From the sequence record AY264775.1: DNA of 39,093 bases; one strand, given 5' to 3'. This stretch comes from Escherichia phage T7. Below, piece after piece: positions 38,934 to 39,093 of this stretch. A program made the translations under genes and the position numbers. Each line of letters begins with the position of its first letter. Position 1 is the stretch's first letter. The notes under the pieces are model-generated. The model was not told where the DNA came from. It saw only the letters and a list, made by a program, of their open reading frames with translations, and did not search any database.

Positions 38934-39093
38934 TCTCACAGTGTACGGACTTAAAGTTCCCCCATAGGGGGTACCTAAAGCCCAGCCAATCATCTAAAGT
39001 CAACCTTCGGTTGACCTTGAGGGTTCCCTAAGGGTTGGGGATGACCCTTGGGTTTGTCTTTGGGTGTTACTTTGAGTGTCTCTCTGTGTCCCA
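38934..39093. repeat. Right terminal direct repeat (full copy)
   Basis: Begins tctcacagtgtacgga...; 38958..39093 is the counterpart of window 1..136. Confidence 0.9.

Overview
The window is a near-complete, colinear genome of a bacteriophage T7 derivative (Autographiviridae), running from inside the left terminal repeat to the right genome end. Every gene is on the + strand and the T7 gene order 0.3 through 19.5 is intact, with 16 T7 RNA polymerase promoters, three host-RNAP early promoters (A1-A3), the TE and Tphi terminators and both terminal-repeat copies. I see no foreign cargo, CRISPR array, tRNA or insertion larger than 3 bp, so this is not a new gene system. What is unusual is the state of the genome. 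(1) Wherever I can recall the wild-type T7 sequence with confidence, the differences are almost all G:C->A:T transitions, suggesting a mutagenised or deaminase-exposed lineage with several hundred substitutions. (2) A deletion of roughly 0.8 kb fuses the N-terminus of gene 0.6 in frame to the C-terminal part of gene 0.7, removing the protein kinase domain. (3) Four premature stop codons, all TGA, lie in dispensable reading frames (4.7, 5.7, 5.9 and the 10B extension); three replace Trp codons, while every essential gene is full length. (4) The Shine-Dalgarno of the major capsid gene 10 is changed from GGAG to GGAA, and promoter phi1.5 has A instead of G at +1. (5) Gene 1.5 appears one codon longer and gene 1.7 one codon shorter than in T7. 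(6) The two terminal-repeat copies differ at three positions. All wild-type comparisons are from memory of T7 (NC_001604), T7 RNAP and pET-vector sequence; no alignment was run.
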